From IMG/VR virus record IMGVR_UViG_3300022213_000004: 64,000 nucleotides of DNA, one strand, 5' to 3'. This DNA is from a virus. A model generated the notes under the pieces. The model worked only from the letters and a program-made list of their open reading frames with translations. It searched no databases and was not told the origin of the DNA. This document shows, in pieces, positions 18,085 through 28,416 of the stretch. Position numbers and translations under genes: made by a program. Positions within the stretch are counted from its first letter, which is position 1, and each line of letters opens with the position of its first letter.

Positions 18085-18483
18085 ATGTCTTTAATTGGAA
18101 AAAGAAAAGGAAGACCAACTACAAAGTATCAATTTGAATCAATTCTCAAAAGGTTTTTGGTATTTCTAAAAAGAGAAATTAAATTCTATTATGATGTTCC
18201 AATTATTCTTGTGGATGACGTAGATTTTTGTAAAAACAATAAAACTTTTGGGTTAATGTACCCGGATAAAATTGTGATTAGTGTTGTTAATCGTCATCCA
18301 ATAGACATTTTAAGAACAGTAGCGCACGAATATATTCATCATAAGCAGCAAAGTGAAGGCAAAAAACTAAATGGAAATGCGGGAAGTTCCAGTGAGAACG
18401 AAGCAAATGCGAAAGCAGGGGAAATACTTAGAAAATATGGAAACTTGCATCCTGAATTATTTGACCTAATACCTATTAGATAA
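18085..18483 (+). CDS. Zincin-like (HExxH) protein
   Basis: DILRTVAHEYIHHKQ...ENEANA. Confidence 0.7.
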   Translation: MSLIGKRKGRPTTKYQFESILKRFLVFLKREIKFYYDVPIILVDDVDFCKNNKTFGLMYPDKIVISVVNRHPIDILRTVAHEYIHHKQQSEGKKLNGNAGSSSENEANAKAGEILRKYGNLHPELFDLIPIR

Positions 18484-18522
18484 TTTGTTTTTATAAATAA
18501 CTAAAAAAAGTATTTGTAAAAG

Positions 18523-20151
18523 ATGTCTAGACTTACTGGAAATGATGCCTACGATTTGATGGAAGCATATTCTGCTGTTTATCAACCTAGAGTAGAACTT
18601 ACTGAAGAGCAAGTTTGGGAAGAAGTTGAGAACTGGGTCAATTCTCTTATTGAAGAAGGTTATGATCTGAGTGAGTATACCTGGGAAGATATGTATGAAG
18701 AGTATTTGAGTGAAATTCCCACATCAGGGCAAATGAGTGGTGCAACCGCACGTCAAAGACAAGCACAAGTACAATCTGCTAGAAATGCTCAAAGAGGACA
18801 AATTGAAGTCGGTACAAATTTTCTGGGACTTGGAGGTGAACGAGCACAATTTCAAAGAACACGTCAAGGTAATTTGCAATTAACTGGAAATAGACCTTAT
18901 CGTGGTCAGGGTCTTGAAAGAAGTATTACATATGGTGGTCAAGCATATGATAGATTAACGCAGGGAAATAGAGTCACATACGTAAGAAGAGGAGGTAATA
19001 CAGGAGGTAATACAGGAGGTAATACAGGAGGTAATACAAGACCCGCAGAACAAACTCCCGCTAAACCATCCGCCGCTCCAGCAAGACCTGCTGCAGCGCC
19101 TGCAAGACCCGCAGAACAAACTCCCGCTAAACCATCCGCCGCTCCAGCAAGACCTGCTGCAGCGCCTGCAAGACCAGCAGCAGCATCTGCACCAACTGCA
19201 GAAAGAAGAACTCCAACATCTGCTGAATTGAGAGCAGCACAAGGAGCAAGATCTACTGCACTTGCTGCAGGAAAGACTAGACCAGAAGCAGAAAAAGCAG
19301 CAGTTCAAGCTGGAATTGATAGAGGAACTAAATTAATGGGAGGTCCTTCGGGTCCTGGTAAAATTGATACGAGTAGTGTTTCTAGAGATCTTGCTAGAGC
19401 AAATACTCCTCCTCCTTCTTCTTCATCAACACCAGCAGCAAAACCAACACCAACTACACAGAGAAGACCTATGGGATCAGTAAAACCAGGAAGCCTTGTT
19501 TCCAGCTTTGATATGTTCGACATTGTGAAAGGATATTTAATTGACGAAGGATATGCTGACACGGAAGATGCAGCAATCGCTATTATGGCGAGTATGAGCG
19601 AAGATTGGAAAACTGCTATTATTTCTGAAGCAAGAGCAGAAGGAGTAAAACCATATAAGCCAGGTCCAACTCAAGCAGAAGTGAGAGCAGATGCAAGAAG
19701 AGCCCGCGAAAATCACGTAGAGAAATCAAAAGGTCAGAAAGGTTATGGTGATGAAGAAAAGTTTAAGGATTGGAAAGACAGATCAACCCCAGGATCAACG
19801 CTCAAGAGAAAGGGTGGAGAAGAAGAGACTGTTTCCCAAAGAATGAACCGTGAAAAGCCTTATGCTAAGAGAATGACTGGCCAGATGGCAAGAGAGTATG
19901 GAAGCCGTCATGCTGCTGAAGTTACCCGTGTTGTAAAAGGTGCTGGTGAACCACAAGCAGTCACTTATCCAAGAAAGGGCAGAGACGAGAAGAAAAAAGT
20001 CTCTAAGGAAATCATTCGCAGGGAAGAACTAGAACTTTATAATTATATTCTTTCTCATCTCCTTGACGAAGGTTATGCTAGTGATGTGGAAACTGCAGAA
20101 GGAATTATTGAAAATATGAGTGATGAGTGGATTCTAAGCATCCTTGGGTGA
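18523..20151 (+). CDS. Low-complexity probable virion/internal-head protein with repeated L(I/L)(D/E)EGY modules
   Basis: Three EGY-type modules; Pro/Ala repeats; TATAAATA upstream. Confidence 0.65.
   Translation: MSRLTGNDAYDLMEAYSAVYQPRVELTEEQVWEEVENWVNSLIEEGYDLSEYTWEDMYEEYLSEIPTSGQMSGATARQRQAQVQSARNAQRGQIEVGTNFLGLGGERAQFQRTRQGNLQLTGNRPYRGQGLERSITYGGQAYDRLTQGNRVTYVRRGGNTGGNTGGNTGGNTRPAEQTPAKPSAAPARPAAAPARPAEQTPAKPSAAPARPAAAPARPAAASAPTAERRTPTSAELRAAQGARSTALAAGKTRPEAEKAAVQAGIDRGTKLMGGPSGPGKIDTSSVSRDLARANTPPPSSSSTPAAKPTPTTQRRPMGSVKPGSLVSSFDMFDIVKGYLIDEGYADTEDAAIAIMASMSEDWKTAIISEARAEGVKPYKPGPTQAEVRADARRARENHVEKSKGQKGYGDEEKFKDWKDRSTPGSTLKRKGGEEETVSQRMNREKPYAKRMTGQMAREYGSRHAAEVTRVVKGAGEPQAVTYPRKGRDEKKKVSKEIIRREELELYNYILSHLLDEGYASDVETAEGIIENMSDEWILSILG
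18991..19038 (+). repeat. Four tandem copies of a 12-bp unit (GGNT)
   Basis: ggaggtaataca x4. Confidence 0.95.
19039..19170 (+). repeat. Two perfect tandem copies of a 66-bp unit (RPAEQTPAKPSAAPARPAAAPA)
   Basis: 19039-19104 is identical to 19105-19170. Confidence 0.95.
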
Positions 20152-20213
20152 GTTAATTTTATAACCTCAAATTGATACCCCTCTTTCTAAATAAAAGAAA
20201 GGGGGGCATTTTA

Positions 20214-21341
20214 ATGGCAATTATTAATAGCAGTAGTTATAGAATTTTAGATGCAAAAACTGTTATTAGTATTTTGAATTCTAAGTCCGTACAAATAACA
20301 TCATATCCGCACGTAAGAACAAGATTTTATGATCTTAAAAAAATGTCAGAAAGTAAGATTTTACTTTTAGTAAAATCTTCATTTTCATCAAATACCGAAA
20401 AAATATATGATGATATTGCAAAATTATTTTCAGTTGATGTTCTATTGGGAGGTCAAAAAGTATTTACAACAGGATCTAAAACAAATCTTCTGGGTGCAGA
20501 CTTTGCGCTTACTTTACAAAGAGGAACTAAAAAGGTAGAAATATATTTTAGAAAACAAAAACAAGATAAAAAAGCAGAGATAATGAGACCGGGAATTTTG
20601 AATGAAGAATATTTTGTTTCTAAGATTAATGATGAGATACAAAAAATTAATGAGGCAAGATCTTCTATAAACTTAAAAAATATTTTTGATCCTAATTTAA
20701 ATATAATTTTAACCGAAAACAACACTGAAAAATCTACGATTTATAAAGTTTCTTCAATAGAAAGAACGGGGCAAGATAATAATAAACAGGATGCAAAAAT
20801 AAAAACAAAAAACAATACGGATGTTCTTATTTCTTTAAAAAAAGAAAATTTTGGTTTTTGGAGTAGTGCTTCGGAATATGACCCAGCAAAAAAAATTCTA
20901 GACTACTTAGTGAATAATAAACTTGTGAATTATTCTTATAATACTAGGGGTATATTAACCGATGCATCGAACAATCCTATAAATGGAATTAGAATTAATG
21001 CAACTGTTGGGGAAATAAAAAAATATTGTTTTGGTGAAGGTAATGGAGAAATTGATTATATTCTAATACGTTCTTTTGATAGAGGGTATTTTAAAGAAAT
21101 TAGAAAAGCAACAGGAGGTCTTGATTATACAATGAAAATTAATTGTGCAAAAGTATATGAAAAAAGTGCTAGAGATATTATAAGAATGAAAAAAGATGTA
21201 TATCTAACCATTGTTCCTAGCTCTAAAAATGCATCTGGACTTGGTTCCTATAAGGGACTTATAATACAGTTTGAAACAAATAACCATTCCAGTGGGTATT
21301 ATGAGCCTAATCTCCCAAGCACTTCTTTCGGAAGATTATAA
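20214..21341 (+). CDS. Hypothetical protein, possible PD-(D/E)xK nuclease-like fold
   Basis: NEEYF...KQDAKI...ISLKKE pattern; very AT-rich. Confidence 0.5.
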   Translation: MAIINSSSYRILDAKTVISILNSKSVQITSYPHVRTRFYDLKKMSESKILLLVKSSFSSNTEKIYDDIAKLFSVDVLLGGQKVFTTGSKTNLLGADFALTLQRGTKKVEIYFRKQKQDKKAEIMRPGILNEEYFVSKINDEIQKINEARSSINLKNIFDPNLNIILTENNTEKSTIYKVSSIERTGQDNNKQDAKIKTKNNTDVLISLKKENFGFWSSASEYDPAKKILDYLVNNKLVNYSYNTRGILTDASNNPINGIRINATVGEIKKYCFGEGNGEIDYILIRSFDRGYFKEIRKATGGLDYTMKINCAKVYEKSARDIIRMKKDVYLTIVPSSKNASGLGSYKGLIIQFETNNHSSGYYEPNLPSTSFGRL

Positions 21342-21369
21342 CTAATAAATACATATAAAACCCTATAAG

Positions 21370-22668
21370 ATGAAGAAGTTTTCCCAATTTATATTAGAAG
21401 CAAAAGAAACAAGAGCATCCGAACAAGCTAAAAAACTTGGATTGGTTGGTGATGGGCACGGAGATTGGTATAATACTCAAGGAGAATTTGTTGCGAAAAC
21501 TGTAGATGGGCAATTAAAGTTTTTTGATAAGGGACAGAGAGTAGGTCAAAGAGATATTCCACCAAAAGCTGGTCGCACACAAGCAGCACCAGCGACTGCA
21601 CAACAACAAATTTCTCCACAACAAACACAGGGGCAGCAAATTCTTCCTCAACAAATTCCTGTTGGGCAGGAACAAGAAATGCCCGCTGATGGTGAGTTTT
21701 TAACAGTGGTTCTTGCTAAATTTAATCCACCTTCAAAGGAACACAAAAAATTATTTACTACAGCAAAAAGAGTTTCTTTGGGCGGAGAAATAAGAATATA
21801 TCCATCTAGAATACAGGATACTAAAAAAAATCCATTAACTGCAAATAGAAAAATATATTATTTAAAAACAATGTTCCCTGAGTTTAAAGATAACATTGTA
21901 AATAACCCAGAGATTAAAACTATTTTTGATGTATTAATTGCGGCAAATGAAGATGGATATACAAATGTAAATATTGTTGTTGGTTCAGAACGTCAATCTG
22001 AAGTTCAAAACCTAGCAAATAAACATAATGGTAAATTCTACCAGTTTAATGAGATAAAAGTAATTCCTACGGGAACATTCGATGCAGAAAAAGATATTTC
22101 TGGCATTTCTTCTGGTATGATGAGAAAGACTGCTGCAGATAATAATTTTAGAGAATTTAAAAGAGCAGTGCCTAAAAATATTGATGAAAATGATACAAGA
22201 AAATTGTTTAATGAACTTAGAAAGGCGATGGGGTTCAAGGAAAATGTTAAAGAAAGTTATAATCTTTGGGAGATTGCTCCAGAATTAGATTTTAAAAATT
22301 TAAGAGAAAATTATATTCAGAATAAAATATTTAAGATCGGAGATATTGTAGAAAATATGAATACTGGATTGGTTGGTAAAGTTATACGCAGAGGAACAAA
22401 TTATTTAATTTGTGTGACTGAAAATGACGTTATGTTTAAGTCTTGGATAAAAGATCTTGTTGAATATACTGAAGTAAAGATGGATAGTCCAATGAGAGAC
22501 AAAACTCATCCAAATACTCTTGTCGGAACGTTGGGGGCATTTAAACATTATGCAAAAATGACACCAGGAGTAATTGGAACGAATAGTCAATATCTTCAAA
22601 AAGGTGGTAAAGCGTATGGGGTTAATTTTATAAATAAGTATAAGGCAAAAAAAGCAAGTATTCGTTAA
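21370..22668 (+). CDS. Cytidyltransferase-like protein with degenerate motif
   Basis: KFNPPSKEHKKL, KKNPL, IVVGSER and ISSGMMR motifs. Confidence 0.75.
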   Translation: MKKFSQFILEAKETRASEQAKKLGLVGDGHGDWYNTQGEFVAKTVDGQLKFFDKGQRVGQRDIPPKAGRTQAAPATAQQQISPQQTQGQQILPQQIPVGQEQEMPADGEFLTVVLAKFNPPSKEHKKLFTTAKRVSLGGEIRIYPSRIQDTKKNPLTANRKIYYLKTMFPEFKDNIVNNPEIKTIFDVLIAANEDGYTNVNIVVGSERQSEVQNLANKHNGKFYQFNEIKVIPTGTFDAEKDISGISSGMMRKTAADNNFREFKRAVPKNIDENDTRKLFNELRKAMGFKENVKESYNLWEIAPELDFKNLRENYIQNKIFKIGDIVENMNTGLVGKVIRRGTNYLICVTENDVMFKSWIKDLVEYTEVKMDSPMRDKTHPNTLVGTLGAFKHYAKMTPGVIGTNSQYLQKGGKAYGVNFINKYKAKKASIR

Positions 22669-22669
22669 G

Positions 22670-25465
22670 ATGAACTCTAATAATTTAAAAGATATTTCAA
22701 AAATTTATTTGGAGCAAGTTTCATTGCAACTTGATGAAAAGAAAAAGGAAAAACCAAAGTTTTGGTGGAATGATGATGGCGACAATATTGGTTATGAAAA
22801 GGGCGAAGTATCTGGTAAGTTTAAAAGAAAAAGAAAATCAGTAAAGGAAGCATTGATTGGTAGACAATCTGAAATTGATGCGAATAGAAATGATAAAATT
22901 GACGCCCAAGATTTTAAAATTCTTCGCTCAACTAAAAAGAAAAAGTCTGTAAAAGAGGGATTTTCAAATTGGAGAGAAGATCTTATTGAAGTTGCAGATA
23001 AAATTCCATCAAAAGATAAAGATCAAAAAATAGTAGAAAAGCAAGTTGATAATAAAATTGATATTAATCCAAAACTTGATCTTGGGGAAAGAGTTGAAAA
23101 ACTTGGTGGAACTCTTCTTGAGATGAATGAAATCGAAGAGTTTGATCAAATTTTTGATGATTTAACTGAATCTGAAATTTTCTTACTTTCTGATAGTTTA
23201 ATTGAAGAAGTAGTAGAAGAGTTTTTCTATGAGTGCATTGAAGAGGGATATGACCTTCAAGAAATAGAAAATACTTTACTTGAGTCAATTGAGTTATCAA
23301 ATGCTCTTCTTACTGAGGCAGAAGTAACTTATGGGCACGATACTGATATAAAAAAAGATAGACTTGAAAAAGTAAAATCTGCAGTTAAAAAAGTAGGAAG
23401 AGGACTTGTTCGTGGTGCAGGGTATGCTGCTGGACTTGCGGTAAGAGGAGCAAAAGCAGTTGGAAGAGAACTTGGAAAAGGATATCAAAGAGGTAGATAT
23501 GGTGCTTCTGGAGGATCTGGATCTTCCCAAACAACCTCTTCAAGAGAAACTCAAACTACTTCTGGAGATGGTGGAGAATCTGAAGATAAAAAACCAGGAC
23601 TTCTTTCGAGGATTGGGGCAAAATTAAAAAGAGGTCTTGTAAAAGTTGCAAGATCTGTTTCTAGAGGAGCAAGAAATGTTGCTCGTAGATTGGATGATAA
23701 AGGTAAAAAAGTAGAAGCACCAAAAGCAGAACCCAAAAAAGCAGAAAAACCTACACCAAAACCTCAAGCAAAAACTACAAGTTCTTCTAGTAGTGTTAAT
23801 TTGGATAATCCACAAGGATCTGCAACTTATCGCGGAACTGGTTATGAACAAGGTAGTGTATCTTTGAAGGGACCACAAAAAACAAGTTCTCAAACAAAAC
23901 CTCAAGCAAAGACAACAACTGTTTCATCTAAACCATTAAGTAAAGAACAAAGGAACGCAGTTAAAAGAGCTCAACGTAGAAATCAGAATCTTTCTGCTGA
24001 AGACGCAAGAAGAATTGCTTCTTCAGTTTCAAGTAAAGAGGAAAAAGGAAGAGAACTGCAAGCAAGAATGGCAGCAGCTGCTGCTAAAAGAGGAATATCT
24101 GAAGATTATTATGATCTTGCATCAAAGACAGTTAAATCGGGAAAACCAGGAAAAAAGCAAAAAAGCACAATTGAAACGTTAGCAAAAACTGCAACGACAA
24201 AGAAAAAAACAAGAACCCCAGTAGGAACTGCTAGAAGAGGAAGTTCTACTTTTAAACCATCCTCGCCAGAAGAAGCAGAATCAAATATGAAGTCTTGGGA
24301 TGATTATTGGAGTTCTGCTGCTAAAGGATATAAAGAGCAGTATGAAATATTCGAGAAAGCAGAAAGCGAACAGCAACAAAAAATCTTTGGACTTGCTCTT
24401 TCCGTTAAAAGAGGCGATACTCCAAGATCTGAAGTAAGTGATAGAGTTCTTAAAATTGTTGATAATATGAGTGAAAAAGAAATTCGTAAGTTTGCTAAAA
24501 CAAAACACGAAGGACTTCCCCACAAAGTTGAGACAAAAGAAGAAGTAATAAGGCAGGAACTTATTGCTAGAATGATTGGCAAAATTGAAGAACAAAGTGA
24601 AGTGTATGTTGATGAAGCAAAACTTCCAAGTTCAATGAAGAAGGGTAAAAAAAAAGTAGAAAGTAAAACTCAAGTCATCCACGATGTAGATGATAATCTT
24701 GCAGATCAGAGACACCCTGATGCTGCTAAAATTGATGTGATGAGAAAAAAATCTGGCAAATGGGAAAAGGTTCAATCACTAACACCTAGTCAGTTTGCCC
24801 ATCATAAACTCAGAAAACCAGGAGAACCTGTGAAGGAAGAAAATGATCCTGGTGATAAGTATGGATTTGACCAGTTTAGAAGTACTGAAAAATTCAAAAA
24901 AACAACAAAAGCAAATAAACCAGTAGTCAGATTGGGAGATAGTCCAAGAAGACCTGCTAAAAAGTCTGTTGTTACTGCTCGGGGTGGATCTGAATTTGGA
25001 AGCAAAAAACCAAGCACTCCTATGGATAAACCAGGTGAGTTTGCTAAAGATTTAAAAAATAGAATTGGTGTAAAAAACCTTGAAAGAAAGAATGTTCATT
25101 TCACTGGCGGAATGCGTAGTGGATCTGGTCCCGAAAAGAAAGGAGAAGTGGTTAAGAAGATTGTAAAACCTGATGCTAAGAAAGTTATTGCAACCGATGA
25201 TCATCTACAAAATGTAAGGCATATGGCAGCATCTGCATCTTCTGCAGCACCTAAGGCAAAAGTTAGAGCATACCAATCAAAACCTGCTACAAAAGAAAAG
25301 GGAAAGGTAAAAATCGGAGATATTGTTCCTGTGAGAGTTGGTAAGGAGAAAGACTTGGCGGATAAAAACATTGGTATTCGTTCAAATACGTCTCCTTCCA
25401 AATCGCCAAAAGAAACTCAGCGTAGGAAAAAGCAACAAAAAATGAGAGAAGAATTTGATATTTGA
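22670..25465 (+). CDS. Large multidomain probable virion protein (EF-hand-like loop, DUF3008-like domain, C-terminal HAD-like domain)
   Basis: DANRNDKIDAQDF; AESEQQQKIFGLAL...RKFAKTKHEGLP; HDVDDNL...VVTAR...K...TDDH. Confidence 0.6.
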   Translation: MNSNNLKDISKIYLEQVSLQLDEKKKEKPKFWWNDDGDNIGYEKGEVSGKFKRKRKSVKEALIGRQSEIDANRNDKIDAQDFKILRSTKKKKSVKEGFSNWREDLIEVADKIPSKDKDQKIVEKQVDNKIDINPKLDLGERVEKLGGTLLEMNEIEEFDQIFDDLTESEIFLLSDSLIEEVVEEFFYECIEEGYDLQEIENTLLESIELSNALLTEAEVTYGHDTDIKKDRLEKVKSAVKKVGRGLVRGAGYAAGLAVRGAKAVGRELGKGYQRGRYGASGGSGSSQTTSSRETQTTSGDGGESEDKKPGLLSRIGAKLKRGLVKVARSVSRGARNVARRLDDKGKKVEAPKAEPKKAEKPTPKPQAKTTSSSSSVNLDNPQGSATYRGTGYEQGSVSLKGPQKTSSQTKPQAKTTTVSSKPLSKEQRNAVKRAQRRNQNLSAEDARRIASSVSSKEEKGRELQARMAAAAAKRGISEDYYDLASKTVKSGKPGKKQKSTIETLAKTATTKKKTRTPVGTARRGSSTFKPSSPEEAESNMKSWDDYWSSAAKGYKEQYEIFEKAESEQQQKIFGLALSVKRGDTPRSEVSDRVLKIVDNMSEKEIRKFAKTKHEGLPHKVETKEEVIRQELIARMIGKIEEQSEVYVDEAKLPSSMKKGKKKVESKTQVIHDVDDNLADQRHPDAAKIDVMRKKSGKWEKVQSLTPSQFAHHKLRKPGEPVKEENDPGDKYGFDQFRSTEKFKKTTKANKPVVRLGDSPRRPAKKSVVTARGGSEFGSKKPSTPMDKPGEFAKDLKNRIGVKNLERKNVHFTGGMRSGSGPEKKGEVVKKIVKPDAKKVIATDDHLQNVRHMAASASSAAPKAKVRAYQSKPATKEKGKVKIGDIVPVRVGKEKDLADKNIGIRSNTSPSKSPKETQRRKKQQKMREEFDI

Positions 25466-25512
25466 TATATTTTTTTCTAAATAGAAAAGGATACCTTTTA
25501 TAGGAGGACATC

Positions 25513-25683
25513 ATGGGAGCAGTAGTCGCAGTGGTAAAACCACTTGTAATTTCAATTGCAACTCATCCAGCAGTGAAAAATCTTGTTATTGAGCTTCTTG
25601 AGAAATATGTAAAGACGACTGATAATACCGTTGATGATGTTGTTGTTGCTTTAGTTAAAGAAAAACTCTTTACTCCACAATGA
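25513..25683 (+). CDS. Small hypothetical protein (56 aa)
   Basis: AGGAGG ribosome-binding site; MGAVVAVVKPLV...TDNTVDD. Confidence 0.7.
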   Translation: MGAVVAVVKPLVISIATHPAVKNLVIELLEKYVKTTDNTVDDVVVALVKEKLFTPQ

Positions 25684-25844
25684 TTACTTGTTTTGTCACT
25701 AATTGGGGAGTAACCATTTTTCTTGGATTACTTTTGACTTTATCTGAATGGTTGGCAAAAACAAAAAAATTCGAAGAAAATGGATTACTTGATTTAACAA
25801 CTAACTTTTTAAGAGTTGTTTTACGCAAAGGAGACCAAAAGTAG
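25680..25844 (+). CDS. Small membrane protein (54 aa)
   Basis: MITCFVTNWGVTIFLGLLLTLSEWL; ATGA overlap; terminator hairpin follows. Confidence 0.55.
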   Translation: MITCFVTNWGVTIFLGLLLTLSEWLAKTKKFEENGLLDLTTNFLRVVLRKGDQK

Positions 25845-25898
25845 GGTCTCCTTTTTTTATAAATAATTTTTAGCAAATAACTTTTTAAGGTAAAGAGA

Positions 25899-26411
25899 AT
25901 GGCACTCTGGGGTAATAACGATTCTGTTTATTCTGCTGGTACAGTTGCAGTAAATTACAACACTCTTGTTGTTACTGGAACTGCAACTACTTTTGATACC
26001 AATGGTGTTGCCGTTGGTGATGTAATTCAAATTGGTGCTGGGTCTACTTTTGGCGAAGCTGTAATTGTTGGAGTTGGAAGTACAACTTTATCAATCGCAT
26101 CAACTCAATTCTTAAGTGGCGCTGCTATTTCTGGTGCAACTTATAATATTAACCAACAACCAAAGTATGCTCTTGGAGTTGGAAATACCTATAGAGGTAG
26201 CACTAATCCATCTTTGATATATGGAGTTGATGCAAATGAAGTCAGTACTGCTTCAACAACCGCATATGCAGTAACTCATAGTGGTTGGGTTGCAGTTGGA
26301 GCTACCTACATTGACGCTGAAGGCAATCTAAGAGTTAAGCATGAGGTTCTTGTAGCGGGTGGAATTAATACAACCTCTGATGCTAACGACGACGCAATCT
26401 TCCTTCCTTGA
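25899..26411 (+). CDS. Probable structural protein
   Basis: MALWGNND...HSGWV...GNLRVKHEVLVA; Gly/Thr/Val-rich; TATAAATA upstream. Confidence 0.6.
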   Translation: MALWGNNDSVYSAGTVAVNYNTLVVTGTATTFDTNGVAVGDVIQIGAGSTFGEAVIVGVGSTTLSIASTQFLSGAAISGATYNINQQPKYALGVGNTYRGSTNPSLIYGVDANEVSTASTTAYAVTHSGWVAVGATYIDAEGNLRVKHEVLVAGGINTTSDANDDAIFLP

Positions 26412-26421
26412 TGGATAATAT

Positions 26422-26835
26422 ATGATTTTCAATGAATTGACTGAGGATAATTTTTTATTATTTGCTATTAAAAATTATGAAAATCCTCAAGCAGTAACTA
26501 GAGAAGATTTTGAGCGAGATTTGAATCACTTTAAATACATAAAAAGATTATTGAAAAGGTATAAAAATACCGGACAATTAAAAATTCATCTTCTTCTCAA
26601 TCATTTTATTATTCTTTATAATATTTTTGGTGAGGCAGCAACTCCAATGCTTTTTTATAAAATTGAGAGGGAGTTATGGTCTACTATGAAAACCTTTATC
26701 ATCTTTCTCAATAGACTACCTGATTATCCAAAATGTTATATTCATGATATTCAAGTCGATATAAATTGTCTTTCTAAACTCTATAAAATCTACAATGGAA
26801 AAGAAGAAACTGGATTGGATAATTCAAATAATTAG
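26422..26835 (+). CDS. Conserved T4-like phage protein
   Basis: FNELTEDNFLLFAIKNYENPQ...FKYIKRLL...LLNHFIILYNIFG. Confidence 0.8.
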   Translation: MIFNELTEDNFLLFAIKNYENPQAVTREDFERDLNHFKYIKRLLKRYKNTGQLKIHLLLNHFIILYNIFGEAATPMLFYKIERELWSTMKTFIIFLNRLPDYPKCYIHDIQVDINCLSKLYKIYNGKEETGLDNSNN

Positions 26836-27019
26836 AGAGCAGATGGTGACTGGATCTACTGCTGGTGCTCCTGGATTTAGTGAAAAGTCTCCTGTGGAAG
26901 GTCCAACGGCAGGAATGTCTCCTGTCGTGAATTTTGATGGTAGGAGCAGAGTTGCTAGAAGACTTCCTTCTCCATATCGTGTAGATTTAATCAAAAAGAA
27001 AAAGAAATCAACTCCATAA
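26795..27019 (+). CDS. Hypothetical protein
   Basis: ORF track; overlapping operon arrangement. Confidence 0.55.
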   Translation: MEKKKLDWIIQIIREQMVTGSTAGAPGFSEKSPVEGPTAGMSPVVNFDGRSRVARRLPSPYRVDLIKKKKKSTP

Positions 27020-27023
27020 AGCC

Positions 27024-27371
27024 ATGTTCGGTCAAGACTCAAAAATTAAAGTTGCAGTTCTTGAAGAAAGAGTAAAAATCCATGAGGAAATGGTTGAACG
27101 TGTAGACGCTGCCATTCAGACTTTAAGTGAAACAAATCAAAATATTTGTAAGATGCTTGCGGTACATGATGAAAGAATTTTTAACTGTTCTAAAAGTGAT
27201 GAAAGTATAAATGAAAAGATTGGAAAAATAGAAGTAAAGGTTGATGAGTTGTCAAAGTTTAGATGGATGGTTGCTGGTGTAGTTGCACTTGCTTTATTAT
27301 TTTTTCCAGTTGCTACCAATTTTATATCATCATCAATAAATTCATTCATGGGTTATTCAAAAAATAAATAA
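27024..27371 (+). CDS. Coiled-coil protein with C-terminal transmembrane helix
   Basis: KMLAVHDERI...FRWMVAGVVALALLFF. Confidence 0.65.
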   Translation: MFGQDSKIKVAVLEERVKIHEEMVERVDAAIQTLSETNQNICKMLAVHDERIFNCSKSDESINEKIGKIEVKVDELSKFRWMVAGVVALALLFFPVATNFISSSINSFMGYSKNK

Positions 27372-27447
27372 TTGAGTGTTGGTACAAGATGCCCTTGACA
27401 AAACCAGATAGTTTGATAGAATAGATAGACTAATAAAGTATTTGATT

Positions 27448-28416
27448 ATGGATTTTATTGATGTAAAATACATCAATTTGGTTTCTTCCAGATTTCAAAA
27501 GTTTAAAAAGGTAAAGCATAACCTTTATAATTTTCGTTGTCCCATTTGTGGAGACTCCCAAAAGAATAAAAATAAGGCAAGGGGATATTTGTACCAAGTA
27601 AAAAATAATACTAATTTTAAATGTCACAATTGTGGAGTTAATATATCTTTTAATAATTTCTTAAAGCAAATTGATCCAGTAATCTATAAGCAATATACCT
27701 TTGAAAAATTTAAAGAAGGTCATACTGGAAAAAACTTCACAGTAGAAGAACCAGTATTTAATTTCGAAGCACCAAAATTTAAACAAAAAGTAAATTTACC
27801 AAAAGCATCTACAAATCCTGACGCAAAAAGTTATCTGGAAAGTAGAAAATTAAATCCACATAACTATTATTACACCGAAAAATTTAAGGAATGGACTAAC
27901 TCTCTTCGTCCAACATTCGACAGCATTGATAAAGATGAACCAAGGATTATAATTCCTTTGTTTTATCAAAATAATCTAGTTGGGTTTCAGGGAAGAGCAC
28001 TTGGTCCCAGTAAGGTTAAATACATTACTATAATGCTTGACGATGACGCACCAAAAATCTATGGTCTCGATGAAGTCCAAAAAAGTGAAACTGTCTACAT
28101 TACGGAAGGTCCATTCGACTCAACTTTCATTCGCAACTCGATTGCTCTTTGTGGAGCTGATGGTGATGTTGCTAAGTGGGGTATTTGCGATTGTGTTTGG
28201 ATATACGATAACGAACCACGTAATGCAGAAATCCACTCAAGAATCTCCCGCATTATTGATGGGGGTGAAAAAGTCGTAATTTGGCCTTCTTCTATTAGAA
28301 ATAAGGACATTAACGACATGATTTTATCTGGACTTGATGTTCAGTCTGTGATAGAATTAAATACTTACTCTGGATTAGAAGCAAAACTTAAATTTACTAC
28401 CTGGAAGAAAATATGA
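27448..28416 (+). CDS. gp61: DNA primase gp61
   Basis: CPICGDS...CHNC zinc finger; TEGPFDS; YDNEPRN; KDINDM. Confidence 0.95.
   Translation: MDFIDVKYINLVSSRFQKFKKVKHNLYNFRCPICGDSQKNKNKARGYLYQVKNNTNFKCHNCGVNISFNNFLKQIDPVIYKQYTFEKFKEGHTGKNFTVEEPVFNFEAPKFKQKVNLPKASTNPDAKSYLESRKLNPHNYYYTEKFKEWTNSLRPTFDSIDKDEPRIIIPLFYQNNLVGFQGRALGPSKVKYITIMLDDDAPKIYGLDEVQKSETVYITEGPFDSTFIRNSIALCGADGDVAKWGICDCVWIYDNEPRNAEIHSRISRIIDGGEKVVIWPSSIRNKDINDMILSGLDVQSVIELNTYSGLEAKLKFTTWKKI

Noticed and set aside
18991-19170. Tandem repeats as a possible CRISPR array
   Set aside because: Units are in-frame multiples of 3 with no unique spacers, and no cas genes are present; they are coding linker repeats.
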